Below the pieces are notes generated by a model. The model was not told where the DNA came from and searched no databases. It saw only the letters and a program-made list of their open reading frames with translations. Shown here piece by piece: positions 1 through 11,382 of a DNA stretch of 64,000 bases. The position numbers and the translations under genes were made by a program. The first letter of the stretch is position 1; every line of letters begins with the position of its first letter. This DNA is from a virus (Duplodnaviria > Caudoviricetes): IMG/VR virus record IMGVR_UViG_3300021255_000054; one strand, 5' to 3'.

Positions 1-727
1 TATCAACATCAGATAGTTTAATGTTGCTAGAATTATAAACTAGAGCATTAACCATTTCTGCCGCAAATTCAGGAGTGCAATAAATAATTGGGCTACCATA
101 AGGAGCAACAGTGTTGCATAATTTCTTCATAGCAGTAGGATTGAACTGGTTGGTCGCAACCTTATTACGAGTTGGACGGCCAGCAGCATTCCAAGAATTT
201 AGTAAGCAACCCTGTACCATTTCAAATAGACGATCAACAATACCATCCTGAATGACTTCATAAATATCAGTCATAGATTCTAGACCATCGAGATAACGTT
301 CGAAATCTACATATCCAGCACCGCCAATAGCCTGAATATATAAATCAAAACGATCACGGTCTAGACGGAAAGTTTCATAGTTACCAGATTCGGTGGCGCG
401 AGTAACAAACTGCTTACCACGAACCTTACCACGGACTACGCGGAACTCTGGGCGCTGACCCTGAGCATAATTCTTTACTTCAACGAACATATCAAGAGCA
501 CTCTTGACGTTCTGTGGTAAAACTTCCTGTAGATTTTCTTCTAATAGTTCAAATACATCTTCCTTATTGCGATTGAAGACGTGACGATTGAAGTGTACAC
601 CATCCTTTGTCATTAGCTTAGCTAATTCATCACGGAGAGCGGCTTCGTAATCATAATTTTCTACTGCAAATTCAGCAGGAACGGCACGACCAAATACGCC
701 GTTCATTAATATATGTAGCTTATTCAT
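1..727 (-). CDS. Major capsid protein (runs off the window edge)
   Basis: ATG at 727 with GGAGG SD; open to position 1 (MNKLHILMNGVFGRAVPAEF...). Follows terminase-portal-protease-decoration genes as in SPbeta-like head modules. Confidence 0.8.
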   Translation of the reverse strand, partial: MNKLHILMNGVFGRAVPAEFAVENYDYEAALRDELAKLMTKDGVHFNRHVFNRNKEDVFELLEENLQEVLPQNVKSALDMFVEVKNYAQGQRPEFRVVRGKVRGKQFVTRATESGNYETFRLDRDRFDLYIQAIGGAGYVDFERYLDGLESMTDIYEVIQDGIVDRLFEMVQGCLLNSWNAAGRPTRNKVATNQFNPTAMKKLCNTVAPYGSPIIYCTPEFAAEMVNALVYNSSNIKLSDVD

Positions 728-741
728 AAGTCGCACCTCCA

Positions 742-1380
742 TTATCCTAGACTTACGATCTGATACTTAACGCCTAAACCGCCGTTAGGTATAGTGTAGA
801 ATTTAACAACTTTTGCATAAGTTCCAGCAGATGGCTTGGTAGCAGTAATCTGAGGAACAGCAGAACCAGCAACAGCCTTTACATATAAAGGAGTGGTACT
901 GATAGCTTTTAGAGCATCAATTAATACTTCTTCAGCAGTCTTCTGATTATCACCAGAAGTAACAGCTGCAAATTCAGTATCATCATATTGTAAGCAGTTT
1001 GTAGTCACTGTATCACCTAAGCCGAAGATGCCAACACGAGGATAATCTCCCTTAATCTTGCGGCCAAAGCGTTGTAAACCGTAGTGCATAATATCATATT
1101 CTTTTTCAGTGGTATATACAATACCAATAGGAGAATCAGTTGCAGCAGCAGGGGGATTAATTGCGCCTGCGGCCTTATCAGCAACTACCCACATACCGTT
1201 TTCACAAGGGGTTGCCTTAGTGAAAGCGTCTCCTAGAGGGGTCTGAGAAACAACCATACCAGTCTTTGGGAAGGCTACTTGGTTTAGTTCGAGGCTGGCA
1301 TATAGCTTTTCATCAGGATCGCGATGCTGATCTACTAAGTCACCTACGACATTAGTGATCGGAAATCTCTTCATTCCCAT
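742..1380 (-). CDS. Head decoration / capsid-associated protein
   Basis: Intact 212-aa ORF between scaffold and capsid genes; ELNQV...CENGM motif; call is positional. Confidence 0.6.
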   Translation of the reverse strand: MGMKRFPITNVVGDLVDQHRDPDEKLYASLELNQVAFPKTGMVVSQTPLGDAFTKATPCENGMWVVADKAAGAINPPAAATDSPIGIVYTTEKEYDIMHYGLQRFGRKIKGDYPRVGIFGLGDTVTTNCLQYDDTEFAAVTSGDNQKTAEEVLIDALKAISTTPLYVKAVAGSAVPQITATKPSAGTYAKVVKFYTIPNGGLGVKYQIVSLG

Positions 1381-1394
1381 AGTTTTTTTCCTCC

Positions 1395-2669
1395 TTAGTT
1401 CTTGCGATATTTTTCCATAAATAACGCGAATTGATCAACAGCGGGCTCTGATAGTGGTACTATTGGTTCTTCACTACCAGCCATTTGCTTATTAGCATAA
1501 CAAATTGCTAATTTACTTTCCAATTCATCATAGCTGAAGTTTGCAGCAGCTTCACGAATTGGATTAATATCTTCTTCTGTTAATAAAACTTCATAACGCT
1601 CTATTAAAGAATTTCTGCGCTCTTCTTCTGCATGAGCGCGTTCTGCCGCATAAGTCGCAATCTCATTACGTAAGCTCGTCTCTACTTCAGATGCGGATGT
1701 TATCTGAGCTTCGAGTTCAGCAATACGATTTTGAGCCTGCTCGTAGTTCGCGGTTAAGCTACGAATTTGTTCTTGAAGTTCATTAATCTGAGCTTCAAAA
1801 TCTACTGCGGGTTCAGCCGCAGGTTCAGGCTCCTCCCTAGAATCATCCTGAGGTTCAGCTGCAGGTTCCTGTGCGCTATCCTCTTCATTAGAGGCAGGTT
1901 CCGTGTTAGCTTCTTCTTCAGCATTGAATTCAGCAGGAGCAGCGGGCTCCTGAATTGCAGGTTCATTCTGCGCAGGAGTGGACTCATTTACTTCGGGATT
2001 CATTTCATTTTCCATTTGATGTTCCCCTCCTTCTGGTTGTCTTTCAGCCTCTTCTACTTGTGCTTTTAAATCAGCCAAAAGTGAAGAGAACTTATCATAT
2101 TGAGATTTATACTGTTCATCCTATTTTGCGAAGAAGGATGAAACAGAGAAACATGGCTCATGTGCTCCGATAATACACAGACCCATGATTTCAGCTTTAG
2201 TATAGACAAAATATTCTTGTCCATCTATATCGGCCCAATCACCTTCGATAGAATTAATATCTAATTCCATAGATTGATTTGAGCCTTTAATATAATTAGC
2301 TTCATCGAAATATTTATTAAATAGCACTACAGAGAATACCGCATAATCGCGAGTGACTCCATCCTTATCTGTAAAAGGTTGCCATCCTTTAAAACTTTCA
2401 ACGTAGCCATAGGCGCTAGCGAGCTTTGGTCCAGTGTGGCTTGCCCATCCTTGAGATTCTGGATCAAAGAATCCAACTACTGGAGTATCGCCCATACTTG
2501 CGCTAGTAATTAACATATCTGCAACATCATCTTTAATATAAGATCCATTGCGATTACCATATTTAGTAAAAACGCCAACATCTAATCTATTCATATTAGA
2601 TGAACCAATTCTCTCAGGAGAAGACATAATTACGGCGTTGTCAAAATAAATTGGTATGTCTCTTTTCAT
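1395..2669 (-). CDS. Prohead protease-scaffold fusion, 424 aa (one TAG=Gln)
   Basis: ORFs 2121..2684 and 1395..2078 are in one frame, joined by TAG at 2121-2123. N-terminal protease-like part (NRNGS, QSMEL, GLCIIG..EPCF); acidic coiled-coil C-terminus. Confidence 0.8.
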
Positions 2670-2680
2670 AATTAGCCTCC

Positions 2681-4222
2681 TCATTGCATTGATTCAATAT
2701 TAGCTGTGGTTTTTTCCGAACGCTCTTCAACACTAAGCGCTGGTCTTCCACCCTTATTATTTATGTTTTTTACCTAAACCGAACCACTACTATTTTTTTC
2801 TCCAGAATTATTTTTTTTGCTAGAATTTTCGTCACCGGATTGAGTATAAGATGATAAAAGTGGTTTCATTTTTTCATCAAGATTTAGGAACTCATTTTCA
2901 AAGTCAATACTGCTAATAAGATTGCGCTGTTTGATACCTAAAGCAATACCAGCCTAGAATTTAGAATAACCATATTGAGCGCCAGATAACCATTGTTGTT
3001 GATATTCTTTTAAATTAAATACTGTTAATGGCAGAATCTCAAAGTCAAATCTTAATCCGGTGCGGCTAAAGCGCGAATTGATTAAATAGCGTACCCAAGT
3101 ATTATACTTCTCTAAATATGTATTCATTAAAGCTTCATTCTTTCTAATTACATATAATAAAGAAGAACTATTATTAGCATTAAATAATAATTGACTATTA
3201 CCTAAAGCCATCCAGGCATTATTATTATATTTCTCTAAGCGTTCTGCTGACTAAGTTGCGGCAGAATTCTCTTGTAAATTTTCTAATGTGGTATCACCAA
3301 ATGTAGTTAAAACATCTACTGTATCTACATCAGCTAACATCTATGCTACACCAGCGTGTATCTGTTCTACTTCATCTAACTCAAATACTAAATGCCCATC
3401 ATTATCAATAGGCATACGCTAAATTAATAATTTATACATTTCATTATCATCACGCTTTTCTTCTCTACCAACAGCATTCTTCTGTTTTAAAATTTCAGGA
3501 ATACTAGCTAATAATAATGGAGTCTAATCAGCAGTAATAGTAAAGGTAACGCCGCCAGAAGAAGAAGGAACCATTACCCACGGATCTTGTTTCTTATTGG
3601 CTTTCCAACGTTTCCACGCATTCTAAATTACTAGAGGGAAATGTTTAATTTCAGCATCGCGCATTTCATCAGTATCATACTTAGTTTCAAAATAACGTAA
3701 GTTAAATTCTAGCACATTTAAATTATTAAAATCTTTATAGCGCGTGCGGCAGAACTCTAAAGGTAAATCCTACATTACTACTTTGCCGTTCAATTCCTAT
3801 AAAATACCATAATATATGCCCGTCTTGAGCCATTCTCTTGTTATATCTCTAAAAGTATTACGTACATCTAATGCTTCAACAAAATTACAAGCATTATAAA
3901 ATGCTTTAATTATTTGTGCTTTTGAACCCTTGCCCTATTCAAATAATGGAGTAACCAATGTATAGTATAATGGTAAAGATGCGAAAAAATCTATATTATT
4001 ATGATATACACCATTAGTACGATAGTAGAAACGAGAAAGTTCTCTCATTGCCGCAAGGTCACCACTACGAATAATTGCGCGAACCTCTTCTTCGGTAAAA
4101 TCTTCATATCGTACAGCATTATTTGTATGGTACCCATATCTGGAGATGCGTTGCCGAGAATCAAGCGGAACATAGTTAATCTTAAACTATGGCGATTTAT
4201 ATAACTATGCAAAATTATCCAT
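2681..4222 (-). CDS. Portal protein, 513 aa (multiple TAG=Gln)
   Basis: ATG 4222 with GGAGG SD to TGA 2681, consistent frame; the stops I read in frame are TAG (first at codons 6 and 12). Size and position between TerL and protease fit a portal. Confidence 0.8.
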
Positions 4223-4227
4223 AAAAT

Positions 4228-6006
4228 TCACCTCCTATTTTTAGGAGTAAAGAAAGCGTACTAAACAATACTTTTTCTTTTTCTTTTGAAAATTTCTTTA
4301 TCTTCATAATATTTAACCCTATACAATCCATATTCAAGAGCAGAAAAACGGTCTTTTTCTATAGAACGAGAAATTCTTTCTACTTTATACTTATTTTCTA
4401 CCCCAGTAGGCTTAAGCCGCAAATTATTTAATTCATCCATTAAACGTGAAGTCATTTCATATGGTAATAAAAATACACGTCTATCATAAGGTGTCATTTT
4501 CTTACCCTTTTTAGTAGCCATTAATTTATCCTTTACAATACGTTCATGCGCCAAAAATGAAGTAGAACCATTATTGACCGCGCTAAGGAATGCCGCGTGT
4601 ATCTCATCTTCATTAGTCGCACCAGCTTTAATATCATAGATAATAGCATTATATTTAGCTATTGGGTCATCTGCAGGGTCATGCATTTCTGGTGGTAAAT
4701 GGTGATCATTATTAAAGGCAAAATATGCGGGAAAGGTTTCACCTGTTTTTTGATCAAAAGAAGGTAATGCCATTGCATCTAATAAGCCAATACCTGGTCC
4801 ATTACCGTCAATTACAATCTCTCTTGGCTAATATAACTAAATCAATTTTTTAAGACGAGGTGCCTATTCAGTTATATAGTTCGCGCCATTAATGACTTCA
4901 GTATATACGACTTTCTTAGAAAACCGCTATTCACCTGGTAGTACCTTAATAACCATAATAGCTGTATTAGCAGAATAACGAGCAACGTCGCAAGATATTA
5001 AGTACCAAGCATCTTTACAATTCTCATTAATAGTTGCTTGACGTTCACACTTTAATATAGAACGATGTTTATTTAAGCGGCGAGAATCCAGCCACGCATC
5101 TTTACTATTACCAGACCAGATTGATAATGATTCGCGCGCGAATGAATCTTCACTTACGGTATTAGAATAACGTTGATCCATTAAGGTAGCTTTATCCAAT
5201 AATCCATAATGTAAAGGTACCTCATAAGATAGCCCCCACGAGAAGTATTCTTTTGGGCGCAATACTGCATTTACAGTAATTTCAATTAATTTCTAGTACA
5301 TAAATACAGTACGTTCAGCCGCGGTTGTTATGAAAATTTGCGCGGCAGAAGGCTCATTTGGATTCAAGGTACCATCAACTTCGCGGCGAGCAATATTCAT
5401 TTGCGGCCATAAGACTTCGTTGAATGGTATTTCTTCAATTAAGGCAGCTTCTTCCAAAATTGCAGCGGTCGCGCGCAAACCTCTTGAAGTATCTTTAGAT
5501 ACTACAGAAATCATACTTCCATTTTTTAAGAAAATTTCATAATAGTTAGAACTGGATTTAACACCGGTTTTACCATCATCAACTCTCGTAGCTAATTCTT
5601 TACGCAAGAGAGGCCAATGGCGAAATATTTCTTCAAACTTAGCTTCTGCAATTTTAATAACCGTGCCTTTAGTATCAGAAGCAATCATAATAGTAGAACG
5701 TGGTAATAACATTGCGCGCATAAAAGCGCTAAGATACGCAGTAAAGGATTTAGAAGTAGCACGGGTAGCTGTCCAGAAATGATAACGATAGCGCATACTC
5801 GCGCGCAAACTAATTCTCTAAAATGGCATTAAATGAAAATTTTTTGCGTCTTCCTAATCCTAGATCATATCTAATAGAAGGTCAGGATAACGGATCCATA
5901 AATCTAAATATTTAGTAAATAATTCCTCGTTATTATCTAAATATTCGCGCGTTAATACTACACCCTTCTCTATAGGTATACCATCACGCATATACAAATC
6001 ATTCAT
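4228..6006 (-). CDS. terL: Terminase large subunit, 592 aa (TAG=Gln)
   Basis: Three track fragments share one frame. Q-motif LMPF[TAG]R, Walker A-like ATRATSKS, Walker B ILEEA, nuclease motifs SCDVAR and KDRFSA. Confidence 0.92.
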
Positions 6007-6943
6007 CTATACCCCCTCCCATCAGTTCGGCGGCAAGATCATCATCACCTTCATATTCAATATCGGCGGTTTCATCAAATTCAACTTTTTCATTTTCAAT
6101 TTCTTCAAGCCGTTCTGTCATATTATAGCGAGCGCGCTTTTCTTCTACTTGTTCTGCAAAGTTGCCTTCATTCATTACAAGTCGTTTTAAGTAGTTCTAA
6201 ATATTTTCCATCATAAAGTCGATGGAGTCTTGTGGTTCTGTATGCCAATTGGGATGCCATCCTTTTTTGCCGTAGTAAACCATTAGTTCTCCAACAGATT
6301 CAAAGTCTGCCGCAGATTTGGCATTAGAAGCTTCAAAATGATAGGTCTTAACAATATCATCAGCTTGCTTCATCATTTTAGAAACATCAACACCCGCGCG
6401 TAAACCTTCTTTAATATGTAACTAAAGTTCACAGAAATCTCGCGCCTTTTCCTATAGAATGGGAGTGGAGACGTTCTAAGTAGCTACAATCTAATTATAG
6501 AAATTATCAAGCCATAATAACTACTCGGGCTTATATGCGGCGCTCCATACTTTCTTTAATTTTTTTAACTTACTCTCAGTTAAAGTTTCAATCTCTTCAT
6601 CAATTGTGCCTTCTTCGCGCGCAAGGCGCCATCTTTCATTTTCATCTTGCCACTATAGTGCGCTATAATGATCATCATATAATAAATTAAAGTAGGCAGA
6701 TAATGTACGCTCCTTATGTTGCGCATAAAGTTGCGTCCATTTATTAAGATCAAAGGGCAAATCTAGCCATCTCATTAACCTATCAACTTCACCTAAATTA
6801 TCCTACTTAACCATTATCTATAAACAATTAGTACAAAATAGTGACCTATGGCCGGGAAAGAAATTAGAAGGCGTATACTAAAATTTTTCTACTGGCAAAT
6901 CCTATCTACATTTAAGGCATTTGCGCAATTTTTTCTCTTCCAT
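5999..6943 (-). CDS. Zn-finger protein upstream of terL, probable terminase small subunit (TAG=Gln)
   Basis: ATG 6943 to TGA 5999 overlapping the terL start; N-terminal CLKC...CTNC; in-frame stops read are TAG. Confidence 0.6.
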
Positions 6944-8216
6944 CTATTAACTTCACCTTTCCTTTCTTGACTCTAATTGCGCGATCGCATTCTTTGCATA
7001 GGCGTGATAAGCCATTAGTACGGGCTTTATTTTGGCTAAAGAATAAGGTGCTTGGCGGCAAGAGACGCTAACAGTGTGGGCATAGTACCAATTTATTCTT
7101 GGGGGTATCTACAAAGGCGTTATTCTTCGCGGCCGCAAGCGCAATTTTGCGTGGAATCTCATCCATAAATACAGTTGAAATGTGGTTAAGGTGGAATGAA
7201 ATTCCAAATTCGCGCAATATTATGTCAATTATGTCTTCATATGGGTATTTTTGTAACTTCAAATCCAACATATAATTTTTTAGAGGAGATAAATTTGCGG
7301 CTTTGCGGTATCTATCAAAGTCCCAGAATAATGTTTTACTATAGGTATCTACTTTTTCGTGTACTTGTTGGTCAATCTCACTATAGAAGTTAATAAAAGC
7401 TTGGATATGTTTGGTATTAGTCCAATCAAAATTATGCCTATAGACAACCCACTTAACTTCGGTACCATTAGGAGTTTCGCGCGTTTCGTAATCTGATAGG
7501 TTGCGCGAGATGGTATGGGTGTAGGAGTGATCAACGCGGCGCTGCCACTCTTCAATTGGAATCCAATAGAAGGAGTCGCCGCATAGGTCATAGAATTGGG
7601 TTTTTGGATGGTCTAGGGATTGAAACTTTAGTACTGGTTTATATGAATCTAGAAGATCATACTGGTTGCGGCGAATTTCAACTAGTTGATGTTTTAGGCG
7701 ATACAGACGATAGCTGTCTTCAAAAAGTAGGGTGTTTTCGTCTGGCGGAATTTTTCCTTCTAGCTACATAATCCATTTGTCGAGGCGGTCAATGGTATCC
7801 CACACTTCGGTCATACCGGGTACATCGGAGTCGCCTGGGTCTATTAGTTCTCCAGTTTTCTTATCATAGCGGGGCCGGCGCACGGTGCGTACTGATTTGT
7901 TATAGGGACTGCGCTTGTGCGGCGACTTCAACTATTCGTGGTCGAAGAGGGGATTTTCCATAAGCTCGTCAAGAGATAGGACACGTTCGGATGCGCGCTA
8001 AAAAGTGTTGTAACGGCGCATACCATCATCTGTGGTTTCGCTCCTTTCAATAGAGTTTTTTCCATTCTCATCTTTACCATATAAGATATAAGATGCCATT
8101 TGTTCAAGGTCGGTTTGGTTAGGGTCGGTTTCTAATCCGTCTAATATTGATTCTACGGCATGAAGGCGATCAATGTCGCGTTCTATGCTATAATCTAGTG
8201 AATATGCTTTTTTCAC
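6912..8216 (-). CDS. 434-aa protein with C-terminal HTH-like segment and CxxC-CxxC Zn ribbon (TAG=Gln)
   Basis: Fragments 7998..8216 and 7068..7271 are in one frame; read through continuously with only TAG interruptions to TAA 6912. Confidence 0.7.
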
Positions 8217-8238
8217 ATATAATCACCTCCATATTTAC

Positions 8239-8268
8239 ATTTTAACATTTTTGGTTTTGCGTTGTCAA
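8239..8268 (-). promoter_or_regulatory. sigmaA-like promoter for the packaging/head operon
   Basis: TTGACA-N18-TAAAAT with TG extension on the minus strand. Confidence 0.5.
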
Positions 8269-8381
8269 GTGTTTGAGTAGTAAGGTTAATTTTAAAAAAG
8301 TTGGTGGAATTTGGGGAGGCCCGGGTGGCGGAAAATAGTTCGGTACCGAAATATCCTGATTGTACGCCCGGGGATATGAAA

Positions 8382-8409
8382 AGCTCCCGAACGTTTCTGT
8401 TCGGGAGCT
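8382..8409 (-). terminator. Intrinsic terminator
   Basis: AGCTCCCGAAC/GTTCGGGAGCT hairpin followed by a T-run on the minus strand. Confidence 0.75.
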
Positions 8410-8423
8410 GACCTATTTTATTT

Positions 8424-9221
8424 TTATTCGCCTAACAGCTGATTTAAACTTGTAAACCGTCCGCTATCAATCGCATCAATAAACATGTAATAACGTGATT
8501 CATTTGATTGAGATTGAATATTGTTTCCTTTTTCCGCGATTCCCTTTCCGCGCGACAAGTTATCCATATCGGACAAAAAATTATATTTATTGGTCCATAC
8601 TCCGCAACGTTTACCGATAAAAGCGAGCGCCTTTTCATAGTCACTTTTTTTCATATAATTAAACACTTTTTCTCTGTCCATATCGGAAAACATACCATAT
8701 ACAACGGTTGAAAAATCGCCATTCATATAATCAAAACGGGACGCGCTCGCCCACGTTTTTCCGTTGTGACCAACTTCAATCTTTCCATACTTTTTCGATA
8801 TGATATCGGTTATACCTTGTCCTTGTACTTTCAAATGATAAACACGGAGCAAATGAATATTTTTCAAAAATTTTACGCGGACAAGGACTTCTAACAAGTC
8901 ACCAAATGCTCCATAGTCCCCGCGCAAAAATTCGTCTTTTTTGAGTTGAGCGTAAAATCTCAAATATTCAAGCGGCTTTACAATTCCATAGTTGACAGCC
9001 TTTTCTGCGAGCTTATAGCCTGTCCATGCAATGACAGGTCCCTTTTTTTCGTCTGTATAGGCTTGCGGGAAAAGTTCATGTAATTCGGAATAAATGTTTT
9101 CCGCGATAATACCTAACGTTTCCATGTTTTCGCACTGTTCAATGTTTACCTTTTCAAGTAAAATTTTAACGTCGTTTTTGTCAAGTGTCGTCAATGAGTA
9201 ACGCGTGACTTTGTTTTCCAT
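8424..9221 (-). CDS. Hypothetical protein, possible PD-(D/E)xK nuclease-like fold
   Basis: Intact 265-aa TAG-free ORF with its own TTGACA/TATACT promoter and AAAGGAAGG SD; GDLLE...TDII...IEVG pattern. Confidence 0.55.
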   Translation of the reverse strand: MENKVTRYSLTTLDKNDVKILLEKVNIEQCENMETLGIIAENIYSELHELFPQAYTDEKKGPVIAWTGYKLAEKAVNYGIVKPLEYLRFYAQLKKDEFLRGDYGAFGDLLEVLVRVKFLKNIHLLRVYHLKVQGQGITDIISKKYGKIEVGHNGKTWASASRFDYMNGDFSTVVYGMFSDMDREKVFNYMKKSDYEKALAFIGKRCGVWTNKYNFLSDMDNLSRGKGIAEKGNNIQSQSNESRYYMFIDAIDSGRFTSLNQLLGE

Positions 9222-9711
9222 GGTAAACCTTCCTTTCTGTTAGGGCGATGATTTTTTTTATGCCCTATATAATAGTATAATGATTTTTTTCGTTCTGTCA
9301 ATCCCTTTTATAATGTTTTTTATGTTTTTATATGCAATTTTTATATGAAACGTTTCATGAAAACTATGCATATTTTTCATGAAATACGTTCATCAACACG
9401 CAATCGTTTTCGTGTCGTTTTGTTAACGTGTTCAATAATCAACAGAACGCCAGAAACCCTTATTTTTCAATGGTTTCAGGGCTTTTAGATGTGTCACATC
9501 CAACTTAAGTCCTTGCAGTTTTCCGACACTTGCGATATAATATGTATATGAAAAGGGGGGTTATGTAACATGAAACCGTTTCTGTGTTCAATAATTGACA
9601 AGTGTACAAAAAGTGCCATCTGGGGCGGATCCGCCGATCCGCAAGCAAAAGAGCGCACGCACGGCGCGCACTGAGCGTACACATGCACGCGCGTATACGC
9701 GCGTACGGGAT

Positions 9712-9778
9712 AAGCTGGAAGCTGGAAGCTGGAAACGCGCAGGCAAGCTGGAAGCTGAGAAAGGAGCTGACAAGCTGA
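9712..9778 (+). repeat. Cluster of 7 (A/G)AGCTG(G/A) heptamers
   Basis: taagctggaagctggaagctggaa...caagctggaagctgag...gagctgacaagctga. Confidence 0.85.
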
Positions 9779-10035
9779 ATGAATACAAGACAAACAATCG
9801 GAGCAGGGATCATGATGATGGGACTATTGCAAAGCGCGCTTTTAGGAACACCGATCTTTCTATTGGGATTTGGAGCACTTGGGGCGCTATGTATGATCCG
9901 AATTCATTAAGGGCGCGAGCCCTTCTTATAAAATTGGATGTTAAACATCCAATTTTCTTAGTTGACAGATAGATAAAGATATGATAATATATAATCGTTC
10001 CAAGGGAACGAATAAAGAAAGCGAGGTAAACAACA

Positions 10036-10308
10036 ATGACTATTACCAGCAACAACGGGCACAAATACGCACAGTCTAAAATTATTCGGTATGACAACGG
10101 CGCGATGTCTATGATCTCTTATACCACGACGGTATGCAAGGTTGATCCGAACGGATGGTTGACAGTCAACGGGCTTTATTCCCGTACAACCATCAAACAC
10201 ATCGGATGGTTCATGAGGGAATTAGGATTGACCTATCAGTTGGCAAAGGCGCTTTATATGGATGGTTTACAGTACAACTTGCACACGGGTGAGGTCAAGG
10301 CGCGGTGA
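10036..10308 (+). CDS. Hypothetical protein (array unit)
   Basis: Palindrome, TTGACA/TG-TAATAT promoter, GAGGT SD, intact ORF. Confidence 0.8.
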   Translation: MTITSNNGHKYAQSKIIRYDNGAMSMISYTTTVCKVDPNGWLTVNGLYSRTTIKHIGWFMRELGLTYQLAKALYMDGLQYNLHTGEVKAR

Positions 10309-10406
10309 GCGCCTTTATATTTTTAGATGTTAAACATCCAACTTTTCTCTTGCTTTTTTCTAAAAACTATGTTATACTATTATCATCAAAGAAGGAGGTT
10401 GGAGCA

Positions 10407-10547
10407 ATGAAAACTATTTATGAAGTATGGAATATTCGACATGAGACAATCGCCAAATTTTTAGACTTTGATCTCGCTAAACAGTTTATCAAAGACCATG
10501 GAGCACAAGCACGCTTTTGGTTTATTGTAGAATATAAGGAGCGGTGA
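10407..10547 (+). CDS. Small hypothetical protein (array unit)
   Basis: AAGGAGG SD; MKTIYEVW... Confidence 0.7.
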   Translation: MKTIYEVWNIRHETIAKFLDFDLAKQFIKDHGAQARFWFIVEYKER

Positions 10548-10645
10548 CTCCTTATAAAGTTAGATGTTAAACATCTAAAATCATATCTTGACAATCTAAT
10601 ATAATACGTATATAATGGTATCATCAAATGAGGGAGGGATTTCCA

Positions 10646-10837
10646 ATGACTATCAATTACACCATCACCGTTATCTCTAATGACGATCACGACATTCTGT
10701 TCCGCGCAAGCGGTACGCGGGAAGATTATAGCACGCCCACCTATATGATGAATGAATTGGGCCACCGCTATATGGATAGCACTGTTATCTATCATGATTT
10801 GACCAATGGTTTTAAAGTTGAAAAGTCCTTTGAATAA
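10646..10837 (+). CDS. Small hypothetical protein (array unit)
   Basis: GGGAGG SD; terminator overlaps the stop. Confidence 0.7.
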   Translation: MTINYTITVISNDDHDILFRASGTREDYSTPTYMMNELGHRYMDSTVIYHDLTNGFKVEKSFE

Positions 10838-10944
10838 AGGACTTTTTCTTATGTGTTTTTAGATGTTAAACATCCAAAAATGCCTATTGACAAATGATCT
10901 TTATAGATATATAATTGTATCATCAAATGAAGGAGGAACGAGCA

Positions 10945-11259
10945 ATGATCAACATTAGGAGCATTCGCAAGTTGGCTAACAACGACGGACTTACACTGAA
11001 AGCAGGAAAGATTATTAACTATAAGAGCGGCTATCAGGTCGCAGACTATGGGTACGAGCTGACAACAGCTGAAGAGGCTATCAAATGTGTGCGCAAGCTG
11101 AAAGGAAATTGTGGTATTTGGTATAGTGAAGGAATTTATTATATTGATCATTCCTTCCGTGTTAGTACAAAAAGAGAAGCAATCAGAATTGGAATTGAAC
11201 ATAATCAAATCTCAATTCTTAAATGGAAAGATAAGTCTCTTATCTATTGTACTCCATAA
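10945..11259 (+). CDS. Hypothetical protein, weak resemblance to phage SAM-lyase-like fold
   Basis: GIW...YID...EAIRIGIEHNQISI pattern; AAGGAGG SD. Confidence 0.6.
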   Translation: MINIRSIRKLANNDGLTLKAGKIINYKSGYQVADYGYELTTAEEAIKCVRKLKGNCGIWYSEGIYYIDHSFRVSTKREAIRIGIEHNQISILKWKDKSLIYCTP

Positions 11260-11382
11260 TGGAGTACAATTTTATTTTTAAAAGTTAGATGTTAAACATC
11301 CAATTTTTACCTATTGACATATAAGACCGGACATGTTATTATATACTTGTCCAAAGGGACAGAAACGAAAGGAGCGATTTCA

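Noticed and set aside
2681-8216. Pseudogenes or a decayed prophage suggested by fragmented ORFs
   Set aside because: The breaks read are all TAG, frames are preserved and motifs are intact: recoding, not decay.
9687-9704. Protelomerase (telRL) site
   Set aside because: Only an 18-bp palindrome without extended arms, and no protelomerase in the window; kept only as a low-level finding.
9494-9972. Overlapping 70-125-aa ORFs in the track
   Set aside because: They arise from the GC-rich repeat tract, lack SDs and have repeat-derived sequences.
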